Below the pieces are notes generated by a model. That model did not search any database, was not told where the DNA came from, and saw nothing but the letters and a program-made list of their open reading frames with translations. A program made the translations under genes and the position numbers. This document shows, one piece after another, positions 59,861 to 64,000 of a stretch of 64,000 bases of DNA. How positions within the stretch are numbered: position 1 is the first letter of the stretch; every line of letters begins with the position of its first letter. The stretch spans positions 3,233,106-3,297,105 of the forward strand of contig CAVNZM010000003.1 in NCBI GenBank assembly GCA_963693365.1, given 5' to 3'. This stretch comes from Amoebidium appalachense (lineage: Eukaryota > Protista > Ichthyosporea).

Positions 59861-62800
59861 GGTGCCTAATGCCACGTGACACGGACTTTTCCCTTTCAGC
59901 GTACTACGTTTGTTCTCGAAATGCTGGAAACATGAGCTGCCCAGCAGACTGTGATTTGCGCGTCAGCTACGCTTAACAATACCTCTGGTGAGCACAGCAC
60001 TCGGCAGGCAGAAATAGAAAACTCGCTGACTAAATTTGTGAGTTTGAGTGTCTTATAACATGCAAATTATAGCTATGCATGGGTTCCGAAAAGTTGGAAG
60101 TTCAACACAGTCCTGCCCGGAAACCACGTGCGTTTTTGCTCCGTGCGTGTTTGAGTGTAAGTCTAACTGCTCTGAGGAAGTGACACAGCGCGCGTGTCGG
60201 GTGATGCAAACCTTTCACTACTTTTCCTTACACTACTTACTATCACACACTGACTCAGGCTGAACACGTTGTGACGTTCACTTCCGCGCCACCCGGCGGC
60301 TGCCCATGTATGATACGTGTGCTCGGACCGAAGTTATTCGTTCCATTTCGCACCCTGTCTGAGTGGCTCGCCACCATATCATCGGCACCACTGGATGCGT
60401 GTGAACGGCCAGGTTATAGCGGTTAGCGGCGGACAATCCAGACAGCCTCCAGACCGCCGGCTGGCTGCATCCGGATGTTCCGGCCGCGGCCCCTCATAGC
60501 CCATTGAACATAAATTATATAATATACGTATGTAAGCTAAAAGATCGTAACAACAGAGAATTGTTATGGGAAAAAATGGGTTCCTAGCATCCCCTCCTAC
60601 ACGTTTATTCTATTATTTCCCACTTCGACTCCGGCGGCCCTTTTCCTTCCAAAGCACTATTATACAAACGCTTAGTCTATCTTGCGCTAACCACAAAAAG
60701 TTGTGGAAGCTACACAAATATCATGAAAGATTATCGGAATTTCGTAATAGTGATCTAACGCCAATCATATTGTTAAATACCGATTCACTACACTGAAGTA
60801 AACTTTTGAACTCAAAAACCAATGAGAAAATCTATAACCATCACTTAAAAAATGTGAATTATCTATACCTAATGTATTATTTTCAATAGTTAATTACATA
60901 TGGAAAAAAATATTTTCAATTTTTTCTAACCTTCCGAAAAGTGACAATCAAGCCCTGATAATTTTGGCCTTGAATACGCATCGAAACGGATTGAAACTTT
61001 GTGCAATACAGCTTGATCGGATTTGCCATATTTGGATCATGCTGTTTTAAATCGACTTGTCGAATTTCGAAGCCCGGCAGCGTGATGTGGCTCATGTACG
61101 CAGGTCGTGGATGGCCTTTTTCAATCATAAATTTTTAAAGGTTATACCTAAGTTTTGTATATATTGTATGTTGAAATATTAAATTTTAGGATCTTTTAGC
61201 TGTTAGCTTAACCGATTGAAAGAAATATGGGTGCGCCCAGGAAGCAGCGCCTTTAGCAGGTGGCAAAGTCATAAAAATCTGCCAAATATCACGTCTCTTT
61301 GTCAAATATGGTTAATTTACCCATTTTTGCACTCCTCAGCGAAAATATGCAGGTTTATGTGGTATTGTGACAAATTTTGTCAAATACCGGTCTATGCCTT
61401 CTACAATCCTTTCGCATGCCCGAAGCCGCCCAACACATCTTTTTTTTGACTCAGGGGTGAAGTTCGGCAACATCATAGGGGGTTTTCCGGGGCCCCAAGT
61501 AGAACAGAAACAAAGAAATATAAAAGTGCGTGTGAAACATGTGTAATAACATTTGTGTCAATGTATGTGGATGTTATTTGATAACTCGCAGGGTTGCGCG
61601 TGTGCGCTCTGGTGAATGGTGACGAATGACCAGGTAACGTCCTTTCGTGCCTTGAACTGGCAGCTTGCTTCTTCCGCCTATATAAAGAAACGAGTGATTG
61701 GCTAAGATTCAATTTACATTTGTAGGAAACACGTTCCTGAGCAGCCCGACAGTCGCAAGCCCTGCCCGGCGTGAAATCCTGAGACAGACCTTCTTGTGAT
61801 TGGGTCCCGGCGGCTATGACATCTGACATGTGCAACCAGCAGTATTGTTCATACTGAGAGCGTTTATTATATAAACCATTGAACAATTCAAACAAGGGAA
61901 TAGAATTAGAGGCAAACGTCAAAAAAATATTAGTCAAAATATTAACTATGCATTTTTTTAAGCCACACACTCTCATCACCCCCAAGCCAGAAACTTTTGG
62001 AAGCATGCAAAAGTTTCTTTCCATTAGCGATAGATCATGCATGTAACTTAAACTCAGCAGAGGACTGTAAGCCGGATAGACCGGACCTTATATCAGCTTT
62101 ATGGTTGTTCAGCTCATAATTAGTTTTCATACTGCATAAAAACTTTGATTGTGGAATACTTCACAACCAGCACTATTGCTTGAGCGTTTTTTCTTTGGAG
62201 GAAGAGGCGTAAAGGCTTCCACAATCGAGAGAAAAGGTGTGTTATAGCAATCACCTCTCAAAACCTAAATCGATCTATGCTATTGGGCGCGAGCGCATCA
62301 CCTAAATTTTCCTGATTTCCATATTAGGACCCCTTTATCAAGCTGACAGGCGGGCCGGCGCCCGGGTGTGGCACCTGTCAGCACTGTCATCCGAGAACGT
62401 TTTGCCCTCCTCTGCTCACGCTTTATCCTTCTGGTATGAGCGGTAGTCGGCGTTGATTGGTCCATCACTCCCGCCACCTGATCTCCCAATACTGAAAACT
62501 TGTGGCGATCATCTCAGCAATTTGCGTGACACGTGTGCTACTCCATACTACACTGTGTAATGATACACAATGTGCAATGGTACGCACAGCTTATAAAGCT
62601 TAATATATATATTACTTAATAAAGGCCACCATCAAGTTGGATCATGTTAAAGTGTATAGATCTATTTGCATGGGGTGCAGCATGTGATCATGGAATGTGA
62701 TCAAGCCTTTCATTATTATGATTGGGGTTTTTAACGCAATTTGGGGAATAAATTAGCTTATAGCCATGGAAAGCTTGTAGTCACACGTGCTTTGTTTTCC

Positions 62801-63132
62801 AAGCTAGTGGATTTAGCTATGCAAGTTGGGCTGAATATCACTAAAGACTTAGAATACAGGTAAATAATATTTTTTTTTAATATGCTGTACGTTCTAGTAT
62901 TATGTCTGAAACATCAGTCATCAGATGATCATGATCATGATCCAGTCAGGACTCAACTGTTGAAGCCACAAAAGTTGAGGGGGATTTGGTCCGTAACGTG
63001 ACCTCTGCCGGCGCTGGCGCCATCGGATCATCCACGCAAAAAAAAAAATGATCATCTGAGGCAGTACCAGGGTGTGAAATTTGCTGTGATACTCTCACCC
63101 CCAGCTCTCTCCCATGATCCGATCAAACTTCA

Positions 63133-63170
<38 letters not shown>

Positions 63171-63833
63171 ATACACACCCCTACCCACCTACCCACCGTG
63201 GCCCCCCCGACACACACCCTCTCCCCCTTCATTTCAACAGGGAATCAGTCCGACTGCGACGCTCATCGGACTAAATAATGGGCTAGGAGTGACCGGCTCC
63301 GACCGTCACATCACGTCGACCGTCGCGAGCTCGAGTGACTGTCCAACTTACTAAAAGGGATAAATTTCAGGCTAAATTTGCAAATTGAAATATGAGGAGG
63401 GGAGCTCTAAATATCGACGTCCCCCCTGGTGACACCCTCCTCCCCCCTACGTGGAGGGGGGGTACCCACCAAACCCCCGGTGGGTGGGCCCCGAAGTTCC
63501 GTCCCGAAGTTCCCCCCCCCCCCCCCCCCCCCCCCGCGGCCCCCGAGGCTCCATATGCCCCCCCCCCCCTCCCCCCCCAGGTAGCTGCAGGGACGGAACA
63601 GTTACGGGTGGTCCGGAAGGGCCCGAGGGACCCGCCTGGGCGAGTACCGGGGTGGTGGGTTCTCTCCCTCCCTCCCTCCCTCGCCCTCCGGCCCCTCCCT
63701 CCTCCCCCCCCCCCCCCCCCCCCCCCCGCCACCTCCCCTCCCGGCCTTTCCCCCCCCGCACTGTGCGTGATCATGGCCAGAGTCTCTATTTCACTCACCA
63801 AAGGTTGTCGGTATTCGTTGCTTTTTAATTTTT

Positions 63834-63864
<31 letters not shown>

Positions 63865-63922
63865 GGGTTGGCCGGCGCGACTGATGCATATCCCCCCCTC
63901 CCCTCCCCCCTCCCCCCCCCCC

Positions 63923-64000
<78 letters not shown>

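Noticed and set aside
61473-62042. 189-aa minus-strand ORF
   Set aside because: No recognisable domain or splice context; lies in AT-rich, TE-like sequence.

Overview
Eukaryotic genomic DNA dominated by simple repeats: (CA)n/(TG)n, (GA)n and dozens of long G/C homopolymers fill introns and intergenic space, so most ORF-track entries are repeat artefacts. Manual exon assembly with GT-AG and phase checks supports seven protein genes. They are the 3' end of an unknown gene (390-1459,+), a membrane-anchored prolyl 4-hydroxylase (3933-7414,+), an intronless PHTF-family protein (10541-13209,+), an intronless F-box/LRR protein (22597-24013,+), a 12-exon p70 S6 kinase (26444-38375,-), an 11-exon smoothelin-like protein with an extra fimbrin-type CH domain and Cys motif (40202-48933,+), and an SH2 protein (56123-59860,-). 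This gene set suggests a holozoan, possibly unicellular (inference). The most notable observation is a dispersed repeat family bounded by G/C runs whose ~155-nt core keeps a covarying, pseudoknotted fold in two diverged copies, possibly from a tyrosine-recombinase retroelement. Also notable are five single-base frameshifts at CpG/G-run sites (probably assembly errors), the smoothelin/fimbrin chimeric architecture, a stramenopile-looking P4H, and splice sites formed directly by microsatellites. All homology calls are from recognised motifs; no searches were run.
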